Positions 1-10,700 of a DNA stretch of 64,000 bases are shown in pieces; position 1 is the stretch's first letter; every line of letters starts with the position of its first letter. Both the position numbers and the translations under genes were made by a program. This DNA is from Candidatus Sericytochromatia bacterium. GTDB taxonomy: Bacteria; Cyanobacteriota; Sericytochromatia; S15B-MN24; JAQBPE01. The stretch is from the NCBI GenBank assembly GCA_035284745.1, contig JAYKIL010000021.1, positions 9,197 to 73,196 of the forward strand, in the 5' to 3' direction. Below the pieces are notes generated by a model that was not told where the DNA came from, did not search any database, and worked only from the letters and a program-made list of their open reading frames with translations.

Positions 1-2
1 GG

Positions 3-491
3 TTGATGCCTCGGAACGCGCCATTGACCCCCAGCATCAAAGAAAACGTCTCCCGTTTCTTGGATGAGATGGATGCCTACCAAAACAGTCAACGCGGCAA
101 GGTATTCGGGCCTGGCATCGAAGAGGTGGCAGGGAACCCGTCGGAGGTTCAACAGATCCGCGACAGTGTCCGCCAGATACAACAAGCACTCGACCTGTTG
201 ATCAAGGCCGGCAAACTGCGAGTGAATGATGCTCAAGGACGACCGATCCAAGGGCTCGCGCCGAGCGGTTCATTCTTCAAGCTCGATGCCCAAGGCCGCG
301 AACAAAAAGACCCGGGTGGTAACCCAGTGATGGATGAGGCCTTCATCCAAGCGATCGTCCGCTTTAAGCAAGACCAAGGTATTCATCAAACGTACAAAAT
401 GCCGGATGGCACCTGGGCGGTGAACGAATATGTGGGTCCCGGCACGGTCGAGGCGCTGAAGAAAGCCTTGTTAGAGATTCAAGCGCGCTAG
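3..491 (+). CDS. C-terminal fragment of a peptidoglycan-binding-domain (PG_binding_1-like) protein; 5' end lies outside the window
   Basis: ORF runs off the window start. C-terminal region (DGTWAVNEYVGPGTVEALKKAL) resembles the PG_binding_1 repeat also present in ORF 4355..4786. Confidence 0.4.
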   Translation: MMPRNAPLTPSIKENVSRFLDEMDAYQNSQRGKVFGPGIEEVAGNPSEVQQIRDSVRQIQQALDLLIKAGKLRVNDAQGRPIQGLAPSGSFFKLDAQGREQKDPGGNPVMDEAFIQAIVRFKQDQGIHQTYKMPDGTWAVNEYVGPGTVEALKKALLEIQAR

Positions 492-504
492 CCCGTCTCG
501 GCCA

Positions 505-1374
505 TCACCTCGCAAGATGACGCGAGCGAAAACTCTCCCAGGTATTCTCCAACAAAGAAGCAATGGTCATCGGCCCGATGCCACCCGGAACGGGAGAAAT
601 CATGCCAGCAACCCGGGCGACATCAGCCCGGACATCGCCCACAATGCGGCCATCCTCTAGCCGGTTGATCCCAACATCAACCACGGTGGCTCCGGGATGC
701 ACCATCGCAGGAGTTACAAATTCTGCCCGCCCCACGGCTGCCACCAGGACCTCGGCTTCTGCAGCGAGTTGGGCCAGTCCTTCCGTCCGAGAATGAGCAA
801 TGGTCACGGTCGCATCCGCGTTCAACAACATGGCCGCGAGCGGTTTCCCCACAATGGCACTGCGACCAAGAATGACGGCTCTCCGCCCCGCCAGTGGGAC
901 CTTATAGTGATGAAGCAAAGTCAAAATTCCACGAGGCGTGCACGCAGCCAACCCGGGTCGCCCCAGCACCAACCGACCCATATTAAGGGGGTGGAAACCA
1001 TCTACATCTTTAGCGGGATCGATCAACGCCAACAGTCTGTCGACATCCAAATGGCGTGGCAGCGGCAGTTGCAAAAGTATTCCGTCAACCCCAGAATCCT
1101 CATTCAAATGAAGAATCCGCTCCTCCAATTCAGCCTGGCTGGCCTCCGCCTCGAGAGAAATGCCAATCGACTGAAATCCTACCTCCTGACAGGCCTTACG
1201 TTTATTTCGGACATAGATGTTCGATGCAGCAACATCACCCACTTGAATCACCGCGAGACACGGCGGCCGCACCCCAACACCCCGAGCGGCCACTCGCGCG
1301 GCCATATCCTGGCGAATCTCTGCGGCCAACCCCCGTCCATCCATCAAAATTGGATGTCTTTGTTCCTGCATTCG
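505..1374 (-). CDS. folD: Bifunctional methylenetetrahydrofolate dehydrogenase/cyclohydrolase FolD
   Basis: Translation MQEQRHPILMDGRGLAAEIRQDMAARV...GILLQLPLP...VPGGIGPMTIASLLENT is the FolD family signature. Start chosen at the internal Met (codon 37 of the track ORF), which gives the typical ~289 aa length. Confidence 0.9.
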   Translation of the reverse strand, partial: RMQEQRHPILMDGRGLAAEIRQDMAARVAARGVGVRPPCLAVIQVGDVAASNIYVRNKRKACQEVGFQSIGISLEAEASQAELEERILHLNEDSGVDGILLQLPLPRHLDVDRLLALIDPAKDVDGFHPLNMGRLVLGRPGLAACTPRGILTLLHHYKVPLAGRRAVILGRSAIVGKPLAAMLLNADATVTIAHSRTEGLAQLAAEAEVLVAAVGRAEFVTPAMVHPGATVVDVGINRLEDGRIVGDVRADVARVAGMISPVPGGIGPMTIASLLENTWESFRSRHLAR

Positions 1375-1446
1375 CCGCCTCTCGCCTGCACAGTTGTCTC
1401 GAAACGTTATGCTAACCCGTGCGCCCAAGTATGACCAGACCAAAGT

Positions 1447-1488
1447 GAGGTCCGGCTCGTTCCTTTCCGAACCGGACCTCATTTTTAA
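1447..1488. terminator. Perfect 9-bp stem-loop (gaggtccgg ... ccggacctc) followed by ATTTTTA on the + strand; possible bidirectional terminator/attenuator between hup and folD
   Basis: Read directly: stem 1447-1455 pairs with 1472-1480, 16-nt loop, T-run 1481-1487. On the minus strand the U-tract is weaker (ACUUUGG). Confidence 0.35.
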
Positions 1489-1794
1489 CTACCGACGGGC
1501 ACCCGCAAGTTTTTTTCCTGCCAATGCCACCCGTTCCCGCAGCGCCTTCCCGGGAACAAAACACGGCGTCTTCTTCGCCGGAATCCTTATCACCGCACCG
1601 GTGCGCGGATTTCGCCCTTCGCGCGCCGCCCTTTCCCGCACTTGAAACGTTCCAAAGCCCACGAGGGTCACCTTATCCCCTTTTGCAAGGGCATTCCCAA
1701 TTAATTGGAGAACACCTCCAATGAGCGCATGCGATTCTCTCTGGGTCATCCGATGCTGATCGGCCACGAATTTAATCAAGTCTTCCTTGTTCAC
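1489..1794 (-). CDS. hup: HU family nucleoid-associated DNA-binding protein
   Basis: VNKEDLIKFVADQ...GFGTFQVRERAAREGRNPRTGAVIRIPAKKTPCFVPGKAL matches the HU/IHF fold signature. A likely GTG start at 1794 is preceded by AAAGGGGAAGG RBS-like sequence; the track ORF starts 18 nt earlier at an ATG. Confidence 0.85.
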   Translation of the reverse strand: MNKEDLIKFVADQHRMTQRESHALIGGVLQLIGNALAKGDKVTLVGFGTFQVRERAAREGRNPRTGAVIRIPAKKTPCFVPGKALRERVALAGKKLAGARR

Positions 1795-1984
1795 GATGCC
1801 TTCCCCTTTCATCTCGCTGGCACACTGCGGCCAGATGGCAAGGCTGTTATAGCAGGGAACAAAATGATTTGTAAAGATTTATTAACATCGCGGCGCACGC
1901 TCGTTTGCACAAGACACAGCACCCGCGAAAAAAATTGCCGCCCCAAAAAAAGGGGCAGCCATCCAGCGCTGAGACAAAAAAGGT

Positions 1985-3391
1985 TTAGAAGAACCCGGTG
2001 GGGTTGACCGCCCGCCCTTGGATGCGAAGTTCGAAATGAACGTGAGGGCCAGTGGACCGCCCAGTGCTTCCCATTTTCGCGACCTGATCGCCCGCGTTCA
2101 CAGACTGACCCTCTGTAACCAGAACCCGCGAACAGTGAGCATAGCGAGTCACAACGCCACCCCCGTGGTCAATGTCCACGGCATACCCATAAGCCCCCAT
2201 CCACCCCGCCGACAAGACGGTACCCGCCTTTGCGGCCCGAATGGGGGTTCCAATGACGTTACAAATATCAACACCCGGATGGAAAGAATAGCCGCGGACC
2301 CCAAATGGAGAAGACATCTGACCATTTGCCGGCCAGGAAAGTCCCCCGACCCGACTCCCAAAGGCCCCGACCAAACTACGGGAAACATTCAGACGACCCG
2401 ACCATCCGGCGCCTCTGCGATACCCCCGGTGCCCGACAATGGCGGACTCGCGGGTCCTTATTTTCGAAGCGCCCGGAATAAAAATCAATTGGTCCCTGTT
2501 CAAACTGTTCCGCGAGAGATGGGGATTATAGGCCTTCAAATCATCCATCGAAACCCGGTATCGATCTGCCAATTCGCGCCAGGTCTCTCCCGAAGCGGCG
2601 CGATGATAGGCACCATCAACAGGAGTAATGACGAGCCTCTGTCCCACCTGAGGCCTTGCCCCCACAGAAAGAAAATTGGTGAGGCGAATGGTGCGGCTTT
2701 TTAAACCGAAGCGCGCGGCGATCGAGCCAAAATCGTCACCCGAACGGACGATGTAAACCACATTCGTCGCGCGTCTTCCGGCTTCCAAAGCCCCGACGTG
2801 ACCCGCAGAAAAAGCTTCAATGACCGGTAGCTTATCCTGGAGATTCTGACCTGCGATCAAAAGCCCCGCCGCCGGTTGAGAGGTCCGCTGGGATACCGGC
2901 AACTGAAAATACAAAACCCCCATCGCCAGGCCAATCGACGCCGCCGCCAAAAGGGACGCCAGTGCGCCTATCACCCGCTGTTGCTGCCCCACAGGGGAGG
3001 CACCTGGAACCGGGTAGCGAACCGCTTTGGGGAGTACCTTAACCTCCCGGAGATCGGTTGCGCTGCCAAAGAGCACAGGGCCCTTGGCGCGGCCGAGAGG
3101 CCAAAACCTCCCACCAAAATCGGTGGACAGAAGGTGACGCTGGGACGCGTCGGTGAGATCACGTAAGGAAGTCCGCGAAAGGCGAGGCGCTTGATACGCG
3201 TGGGCGCGAGGCCTCGGCGCCTTGATCACGTAGGCAGGGATTTCGAAGGCTTCACGGGCACCCAGTTTATTCGGCTGCACTTCGACCAAAATCTGTCCTC
3301 CGAGAACACCGTTCGTCCGGCAAAACAAGGCCCCAGCAAAGAGCCTCCAAGGTGCAGCCAGCAGCGTTCCGGGGCGGTGCCGGACCTGCAA
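1985..3391 (-). CDS. M23 family metallopeptidase with two LysM domains and an N-terminal membrane anchor (cell-wall endopeptidase)
   Basis: C-terminus GVDICNVIGTPIRAAKAGTV...HGGGVVTRYAHCSRVLV...GSTGRSTGPHVHFELRIQGRAVNP is the M23/LytM motif set. Two LysM-like segments (YIVRSGDDFGSIAARFGL; YHRAASGETWRELADRYRVSMDDLKAYNP). TM helix VIGALASLLAAASIGLAMGVLYF. The true start is probably internal (GTG/TTG) and is uncertain. Confidence 0.8.
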   Translation of the reverse strand: MQVRHRPGTLLAAPWRLFAGALFCRTNGVLGGQILVEVQPNKLGAREAFEIPAYVIKAPRPRAHAYQAPRLSRTSLRDLTDASQRHLLSTDFGGRFWPLGRAKGPVLFGSATDLREVKVLPKAVRYPVPGASPVGQQQRVIGALASLLAAASIGLAMGVLYFQLPVSQRTSQPAAGLLIAGQNLQDKLPVIEAFSAGHVGALEAGRRATNVVYIVRSGDDFGSIAARFGLKSRTIRLTNFLSVGARPQVGQRLVITPVDGAYHRAASGETWRELADRYRVSMDDLKAYNPHLSRNSLNRDQLIFIPGASKIRTRESAIVGHRGYRRGAGWSGRLNVSRSLVGAFGSRVGGLSWPANGQMSSPFGVRGYSFHPGVDICNVIGTPIRAAKAGTVLSAGWMGAYGYAVDIDHGGGVVTRYAHCSRVLVTEGQSVNAGDQVAKMGSTGRSTGPHVHFELRIQGRAVNPTGFF

Positions 3392-3451
3392 CCAGCAAAC
3401 AAGCCTTTAATCAATTTAATCTTAATTTAGTATTCCTGTCAACCCAATTTA

Positions 3452-4096
3452 TCACGCCTTCACAGCCCGCCAATCGGCCAGAAACCGCTCAATACCACTG
3501 TCCGTCAAAGGGTGCTTGAACATTTGCTGCAACACCTTAAACGGCATCGTTGCCACATGGGCACCCAGACGGGCCGCCTGCGTCACGTGGATCGGGTGGC
3601 GAACACTCGCCACCAAAACCTGGGTCCCAAAGCCATAGTTTTGATAGATCTCGAGGATCTCCTCGATCAGTAGCATTCCGTCCTGCCCGACATCATCGAG
3701 TCGCCCCACGAATGGACTGACATACGTCGCGCCAGCCCTGGCCGCCAGTAAGGCCTGATTCGCCGAAAAAACCAAGGTCACATTCGTTTTGATACCCTCT
3801 GCCGAGCAGGTGGCGACGGCCTGCATCCCCGCCTCCGTCATCGGGACCTTCACCACGACATTCGGAGCCCATTGAGCATATTCACGGGCTTCCCGCATCA
3901 TTGATTCATAATCCAAACCAATCACTTCAGCGCTCACGGGGCCATCGGTAATCCCACAAATTTCAAGGACAACCTGCTTAAAGTCACGTCCCTCTTTTGC
4001 GACCAGAGAGGGATTCGTCGTGACGCCATCCACTTGCCCCCAGGCAACAGCCTTACGAATTTCGTCGACGTTGGCAGTGTCTAAAAAAAACTTCAT
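3452..4096 (-). CDS. tal: Transaldolase / fructose-6-phosphate aldolase family protein (short TalC/Fsa type)
   Basis: [16 protein letters not shown]...VTTNPSL...KVP.T.AG; 214 aa, typical of short transaldolases. Confidence 0.85.
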   Translation of the reverse strand: MKFFLDTANVDEIRKAVAWGQVDGVTTNPSLVAKEGRDFKQVVLEICGITDGPVSAEVIGLDYESMMREAREYAQWAPNVVVKVPMTEAGMQAVATCSAEGIKTNVTLVFSANQALLAARAGATYVSPFVGRLDDVGQDGMLLIEEILEIYQNYGFGTQVLVASVRHPIHVTQAARLGAHVATMPFKVLQQMFKHPLTDSGIERFLADWRAVKA

Positions 4097-4354
4097 TGTT
4101 TTCCCTCATCTGGGTGTCAGCCCATCCACTCACGCTGCGTGATGACCTACGCCGCAAGGCGCCCCAACGAATTCTCTCTCATGTCTGCCCCTCCGCGCAA
4201 TCACCCGAACGATCGCTGATTGGAAGCGAGAAGCGTGTGGCCTTGGTCACGACACCGTAATGAGGATGTACCTAACATAAATGGGTCCTGGTTTCCCAGG
4301 CACAGCAACTTCGAATTGACGGATCGCCGAGCCATTTTCTCGGGAAATCCATGA

Positions 4355-4786
4355 ATGAAAGGTGAAACAATGACAGCCAAGAAAAAAACCACATCTCGCC
4401 CGACCGAGAACGCCAAGAAGAAAACGAACCGTGCCGCCAAGTCGGCTGTGGCAATTGCCGATAGCCCCGCGACGGTGACAGTCACAATGGCCCCAGAGGC
4501 CCCGGCCGAAGCGACCCGTGCGACAGCGCCGGTGGAAGCCTGTGCCCAAGAAACATCCAACCCTCAAGTGTCTGAGAAGGACAAAGGAGAGGCGGCACAA
4601 AAACCAGTCATCACGATTGGTATGTTCCAACGCTGCCTCTCGGAAAAAGGCTTCTACGATGGTGCCTGGGACGGACACTACGGGCCGTACACCAAGCTTT
4701 GGGTGGCACGCTTCCAAGCCGCCCACAATCTCCCGGTAGACGGAGAACCCACAGCGGAAACGCTGCAGGCGCTTGGCTTACAATAA
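4355..4786 (+). CDS. Peptidoglycan-binding domain (PG_binding_1) protein with Lys-rich N-terminus
   Basis: C-terminal KGFYDGAWDGHYGPYTKLWVARFQAAHNLPVDGEPTAETLQAL matches the PG_binding_1 consensus (DG.fG..T..AV..FQ...GL..DG..G..T..AL). Confidence 0.55.
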   Translation: MKGETMTAKKKTTSRPTENAKKKTNRAAKSAVAIADSPATVTVTMAPEAPAEATRATAPVEACAQETSNPQVSEKDKGEAAQKPVITIGMFQRCLSEKGFYDGAWDGHYGPYTKLWVARFQAAHNLPVDGEPTAETLQALGLQ

Positions 4787-4871
4787 AACGATACAGACAG
4801 GGGTCAAAACGAGGCGGAGGATTCGGCTGAATCCTCCGCCTTTTCACATCCTCGAAAAATCAACCGGCGAA

Positions 4872-5579
4872 TCACGGAAATAATAACTCGTAGGTTTGTT
4901 CAAGCAAAACGTCACCGCGACGGAAGGTTGTCCCCGGCGGTGCCTGCTCCACCTCGGCCCGCGATGCGAAAGGCTGCACGGTTGTCACCCGAACGGTTCC
5001 TAACTCTTTAGGAGCCACGTTCGATGGATGACGAAAGACACGAAAAACCGAACCGGGGCGCACACCGTCTGCTTCTCCGAGGTCCAGCACGATCTGGTCT
5101 TCATCGATATCTTTCACACGACACCGCAACGGGTCCACGTGACGCACAAAACCGACCAACTGATCGGCAAGCGCCTCCGCAGCATTGCTCTCACCCAACA
5201 GGCCAAGGTCTCGGCTAAAGTCACCCGTACGGAAGTCGAACACGCGAACGGTCAAGCGCACCTGGTTACCCGTCGTTTCGTACTTACCCTCGACCAACAT
5301 ATCCACATTCGCGGCCGTTCTGGCTTTTCGGGCATTTTCCAAGGTCATTTCAGCATTCAGGGGAACACCCTTGAGTTTCGCTCGCGCAGCGGGACCATCG
5401 ACGACGCGAAAACGTCTGGTGGCAGTCAACTTGGTTCCCAAAGCAGTGGCCAGGGGCGCAGGTGCATTTTCAATGGCAACAGCCAAGCGAGGTTTCTCTG
5501 TCACTGTCTCAGCCAGGCCTGGTGTAACCCCTGAAATCCAGACAGCGAGAGAAAAAATGGCCACTCGATATAGGTTCAT
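4872..5579 (-). CDS. Hypothetical secreted protein (signal peptide MNLYRVAIFSLAVWISGVTPGLA)
   Basis: ORF with a signal-peptide-like N-terminus at the internal Met. No recognisable catalytic motifs. Confidence 0.45.
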   Translation of the reverse strand: MNLYRVAIFSLAVWISGVTPGLAETVTEKPRLAVAIENAPAPLATALGTKLTATRRFRVVDGPAARAKLKGVPLNAEMTLENARKARTAANVDMLVEGKYETTGNQVRLTVRVFDFRTGDFSRDLGLLGESNAAEALADQLVGFVRHVDPLRCRVKDIDEDQIVLDLGEADGVRPGSVFRVFRHPSNVAPKELGTVRVTTVQPFASRAEVEQAPPGTTFRRGDVLLEQTYELLFP

Positions 5580-5842
5580 CACGCGAAGCAACAAAATGTC
5601 CCGCCTCAATTTCAGCCCCAAAAACCTCATTTAGCCCCATCCAGATCGAAAACCAGGGTCAGGGCTATGTTTGTATGGTCGGCCCAAGCCCCGTTGCTCT
5701 GAAGAGAAATTGGCGAGAAGGATTGAATTATTGTCCCTGGGTTAATTTTTGGAGGAATGAAGTTAATCTTCGCAAGCCCGGCACTCGCCAACAGGATACA
5801 TCAGATGAGTCATCCCTATGGTGGTCGGAGGTCGTGCCCGAA

Positions 5843-7672
5843 ATGCTCCAACAGCGCTCCTTGGCAATTCCCCTCGCCATCTTCGCCCTCTCAGGATGTG
5901 GGACAAACTTCAAAAACACCCACCTGATCACGTCTGCGGCCGTTCCTGCCCGCCCCGCCGCCAAGGTGACTGCCGAAACTCGAGCCGTCAGTTCCAAAAA
6001 CGCCACCGTGACTCGGGTGGAAAGCCCCGCCGCAAAAGAAACCAAACTGCCTCCCGTCACGGATGAGGTCATCGTCAAATTCAGAAGCGCATCCCGCGAC
6101 CTTCCGGGAGCCACCCGCGTGCGTGATCTCGGTCTGAAAGGTGCCGCCATTTACAAGATGAATGCAGGCGCTTATTCGCTGCAATCAACGGACGAATGGG
6201 AAGAGGCCGAAGACATTGACTACATTGAGCCAAACTATCGTTATGAGGCTGTAAACACGCCCAATGATGCAAACTATGCCGCAAGCTGGGGCGTTGCCGC
6301 CATCAACGCCCCAAGCCTTTGGGCCCTCACCACCGGAGTGGGTGTCAATGTGGCCGTTCTGGATACGGGAGTTGATGCCCGCCATCCAGACCTTTCAGGG
6401 CGGGTTTTGCCGGGTATCGACCTGGTCAATAATGATAGTGACGCGACGGATGACCACGGACATGGCACCCACGTGGCCGGAACCATCGCGGCCATCGCCA
6501 ACAACGGCATCGATGTAGCAGGTATCGCGCCCGGCGCTTCCATTATCCCGATTAAAGTTCTCAACTCGCGTGGTCAGGGCTCAAACGCCGATATCGCCAG
6601 CGGCATCCTGGAAGCCGCCAACCGTGGCGCAAAAATAATCAACCTCAGCCTCGGAGGGACTGACAATTCGGAAACGATAAGACGGGCGATCGCCAACGTT
6701 CAGGAACGTGGCGTCGTGGTGATCGCGGCCGCTGGCAACAGTGGGGTTTCAACACCTTTCTTCCCTGCTGCCAACGAAGGGGTTATCGGGGTTGCTGCCG
6801 TTGACAGCAGGCGTGAAAAACCTCGTTTCAGCAACTTTGGGGATTACATCGATATCGCAGCGCCAGGCGTTGATATCGGCTCCACAAAATTGGGGGGCGG
6901 CGTGACAAAAATGAGCGGTACCAGTATGGCGAGCCCGCATGTAGCGGGCGCCTGTGCCCTAATTCTTTCACAGTTTCCAACCCTTAAAACGGGGCACTTA
7001 ACCCGACTGATGCAAAAGTCGGGCCATCCGACCAGCGGCTTCCCCGGCCAAGCGCCACGTGCCCTGAATGTGGAAGAGGCGTTTGTCCAAGTCCCTACCC
7101 TGGATATGCAAGCTCCGAGCACTGTTTTGGGGCTGACAGCCACACCTGGCGCCCCCGGAGAAGTCAATCTTGGATGGACCGCGGCGACAGACAACCAAAG
7201 CCGCGTCAGTTATCGCATTTTGCGCAACGGGCAAACCGTTGGCAGCACCAGGAACGTCACCTTTACGGATCGCGGGGTCAGCGGCCGCAGCACCTACCAG
7301 ATCATCGCAATGGATGAAGATGGGAACGAGGCTGCCCCCAGTGCGCCCGTGGAAGGAACGCCAGGCGTCGCATCCGACAAGATTATCGACCTGCGGATCA
7401 CCAAACGCTCGACACAAGAGGTGACGATTTCCTGGAAAACCACCGAACCGATGCGCTGCCTCGTGCAATGGGGCCCCAACGCATCCTTGGGCGAGGGAAC
7501 CACGTGGGCCACCACCCCAACCAAAGCGCACTCCGTCACTCTGAAAAAACTGAGCCGTTTCAAGACCTATCATTATCGGGTGGTCGCCGCTACCAATTCC
7601 AGCACATTGCACTACAGCAATACCCAACGTGTGCGCACCAAACTTTGGTTCCTTTTCAGCTTACCTGAATAG
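5843..7672 (+). CDS. Subtilisin-like serine protease (peptidase S8) lipoprotein with C-terminal fibronectin-III-like domains
   Basis: Asp/His/Ser triad motifs VAVLDTGVDARHPDL, HGHGTHVAGTIAA, GTSMASPHVAGACAL. Lipobox LAIFALSGC after ATG at 5843. C-terminal Fn3-like repeats (LGWTAATDNQSRVSYRI; TISWKTTEP...YHYRVVA). Confidence 0.85.
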   Translation: MLQQRSLAIPLAIFALSGCGTNFKNTHLITSAAVPARPAAKVTAETRAVSSKNATVTRVESPAAKETKLPPVTDEVIVKFRSASRDLPGATRVRDLGLKGAAIYKMNAGAYSLQSTDEWEEAEDIDYIEPNYRYEAVNTPNDANYAASWGVAAINAPSLWALTTGVGVNVAVLDTGVDARHPDLSGRVLPGIDLVNNDSDATDDHGHGTHVAGTIAAIANNGIDVAGIAPGASIIPIKVLNSRGQGSNADIASGILEAANRGAKIINLSLGGTDNSETIRRAIANVQERGVVVIAAAGNSGVSTPFFPAANEGVIGVAAVDSRREKPRFSNFGDYIDIAAPGVDIGSTKLGGGVTKMSGTSMASPHVAGACALILSQFPTLKTGHLTRLMQKSGHPTSGFPGQAPRALNVEEAFVQVPTLDMQAPSTVLGLTATPGAPGEVNLGWTAATDNQSRVSYRILRNGQTVGSTRNVTFTDRGVSGRSTYQIIAMDEDGNEAAPSAPVEGTPGVASDKIIDLRITKRSTQEVTISWKTTEPMRCLVQWGPNASLGEGTTWATTPTKAHSVTLKKLSRFKTYHYRVVAATNSSTLHYSNTQRVRTKLWFLFSLPE

Positions 7673-7705
7673 CCAATGGGAGAGGTTTTCCCTGGCTGCT
7701 TTGTC

Positions 7706-10700
7706 TCACGGTGATGGCAGCAAAATCCTAAATGTACTGCCCTCACCTTCTTGAGATTCCAGAGTCAGGCTCCCTCCTAACCTTTCAATAATTCGGCGAC
7801 ACACAGACAGGCCCAGTCCTTTTCCCTCGCCCACGCCTTTGGTTGTATAGAACGGATCGAAGACACGACGTTGGAGAGAGACCGGAATGCCACTTCCCGT
7901 GTCTGAGACAGCAATGACAATGCCATTCCATTCCCGCAGCAGATTCACCCGAACGCAGCGCAGACCAATCTCTCGCTCCCGCACCGCATAAGCAGCGTTC
8001 ATCAGGAGTTGAACAATCACTTGGCGAAGATCGCTCTCTGAGCCCAATGCGCCCGGCACCGGTCCACCCACCACATTCAAGTCGATATCGCGAAATGACG
8101 CCTGGAGTGAGACCAGATCGATGGCCTCACGGACCACCCGAGCCACATCAATTTCTTCTGACGGAGATTGTTTGACTTTGGAAAAACTCAACAGCGCTTC
8201 CACAATTTCCTTGCATCGTTGCGCGCCGTCTTCAATCAGTGCGACGCTTTCGAGCAGGCTCGGGTCAGTAAGTTCAAGGCGCAACATTTGCGCATTGACA
8301 AGAACGGCGCCAAGCGGATTGTTAATCTCGTGCGCGACGCCCGCGGCCAGAGTCCCCACTGTGGCCAGTTTCTCAGACTCCAGCAGTTGGTCTTGAATCT
8401 GAACAAGTTCGTGGAGGGTACGCTCTAGCTCTTCGGTCCGCTGACGCACCTTTTCTTCAAGGCTTTGGTTCAATTCCCGGATCGTATCGAACGCTTGGAC
8501 GTTTTGAAGCATCAAAGCGACTTGGGCGGCTATCGCCGTCAAAACATCTAAATCCCGCTGCGCAAATGTTCTGTTGGCGCTCGAAGAACTCACATACAGG
8601 GCTCCGAGGAGCGTCTCATCCAACAACAAAGGAACGCACATCACCGAACGTACATTCCGCAGCATCAGGCTCGCCGTCTGAAGCAGTTCTTGGTCTTGCC
8701 CCACATCCAAGATGGTCAGCGCTTTACGAGCCTGCAAAACTCGCGACAAAATTGTTCGACTGATCAAGCTGGGGTCAGGCCTCCCGCCCGCACAGTCTAA
8801 ACTCGCCCGACACGCAAAATCATCGCCAAAAAACACGAATCCTTGTTCGCCCTCGGTCACCTTCAACACCTGTTCCAGCGCAAGTTGAAGGAGGCCCCCC
8901 ATATCCATGGCACCCGCCAGGGCCTGATTAAGGCTGTTGAGAAAAGCGACCCTCGCATCTTTGCGCCGCGCATCCTCCTCGTTATGAAGGCAGCGCAAAA
9001 CCAGACCCGCAGCCGCCGTGACGGCACGCACGGTGTCTTTCAGCTGCCCTGTGAGTTCCGACCACGCGTGCCCAGATTCCACATAAACAACGCCCCAGGC
9101 CATTTCGTGCGCTCGGGCGGGCGGTGCGCACAGAGGAACAAGCAGCAACCCTTCCAAGCCCGCCCCCAAAAAAACCTCCTGCGACATCCAACTCGGAAAC
9201 TCCAGCTCACGATGGACCCACAAACTGGCTTTCTCCGTCGCCACTCGTTCAAGCGCGTGGGGGAAGGGCAACGGCGAATCCAGGGCCACGGTTCCACCCG
9301 GTTCAGCCCAGCCATCCACCAGGCTCAGCTTGCCCTCATCCGAACGCAAATAAACCAGAATGCGAGAGACAGGGATTTGTGCGCGCAACGTCCCTTGTAA
9401 CCATTTCAAAACCTCTGAAAAGCTGGGGGGCACCTCAAGAAACTCGAGAAGAGAGGGGCGCGAGGCCCACGAATTTTCTGCGCCCGCCTCGTGAAAAGAG
9501 GCCTGCATCGCGCCCCAGGCTGCGGCCCGCTCCGGCCAACCCAAAAATATCTGACGTTCGGTCGGTCCGAGTGGGTCGACCCAGACCGCAAAATGAGCAC
9601 GGGCTTGCTCCAACAATGCCAAGCGCTCTTCGTCGCTTTCGGAAAAGCCTGCGAGCTCCACCAAAACAAGGGCGCGATGATGAGGAGCCGGCAAAGATTC
9701 GGCCAAATTCAGCGCATACTCAAAATGTTGCTGGGGCTCCGATCGAGCCCCGGATAAACCCGAAATTTTTCCGCGAATGAGGGCAATATCGATATCAAGC
9801 GCCTCAGTGCCCGCCAAGCGGCTCCATTCGGCCGCCGCCACCAAGGCCTCTCGCGCCACCTCAACCTGGCCACGAGCGAGGTGCAAACGCGCCCATAACC
9901 AATGCCATCGAGCAGCCAGGCCCGGCGCGCTTTCCCAAGCGGCCTCAGCCCACAACACTTCAAGCAAAGCTCGGGCATCAAACAACGCGCCATCGCGCAG
10001 GTATGCTTCTGCCCTTCTCAATCCGATTCCCCGTGGGACCGCCTCGGCATCAAGCGACCCAAATGGCGCAGACTCGAACAGTTCTGCCAAGCGCCCTTGA
10101 AAGAGCAGAACGTCAGCCCAACTCACAAGCAAGCGCTCACCCCAGACAGCATCATCAATCTCTGCCGACTCACGCCAGGCGGCACGAATCGTGGGTATTG
10201 GATCCGCCCCCCCACCCCCCGCATAGGCCACCAGTTGAGACAACGCACGGCTCAACAACGTTTGTTCTGGCGGCGTCCACTCAACAAGAAGCTGCTGGGC
10301 CCGTTCCAGACTGCCGGTCTGCAAAACGGCCCACAGTTCCTCGAATTCCACGCGTTCCCTTTCAATAGAGTGACGAGCCGTCAAGGCCCTGAGCTCAGAG
10401 TAAGCCTCTGCAGCCACGCCATACCGTTCCCTAGAAATGGCCGAGGCGGCGATCGCTCCGAGGAGATCCCCGAGCAATTGCCACAGGCCCCAACGAGCTG
10501 CCGCTTCTCTAAATTTTGACCCTTCGAGCCACGCCACTTCGGGCGCCAATGTGCCATCCTCGAGGCGCCGCCACACCCCCCAGCCTTCGACCACCAAAGA
10601 GATGGCAGGGGTCCAATACGTGGAAGGCCATTGCGAAGTTCGCGGCAGCGCACGGGTCTCATCGGGGCTGGCATCAGACCATCGCGTTTTCTCAAGCGGT

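Noticed and set aside
563-1434. Plus-strand ORFs (563..796, 697..1434, 1056..1415) overlapping folD, and many similar antisense or overlapping ORFs throughout the track (for example inside the histidine kinase, pyrG, uvrA, SNF2 and MMPL genes)
   Set aside because: Typical spurious shadow ORFs of high-GC DNA. Their translations are low-complexity (Arg/Pro/Ala-rich) and lack motifs, and they overlap genes with strong family signatures on the other strand.
4201-4726. Minus-strand ORFs 4201..4560 and 4247..4726 overlapping the PG-binding protein gene
   Set aside because: Cys/Arg-rich low-complexity translations opposite a gene with a recognisable PG_binding_1 motif. Judged to be shadow ORFs.
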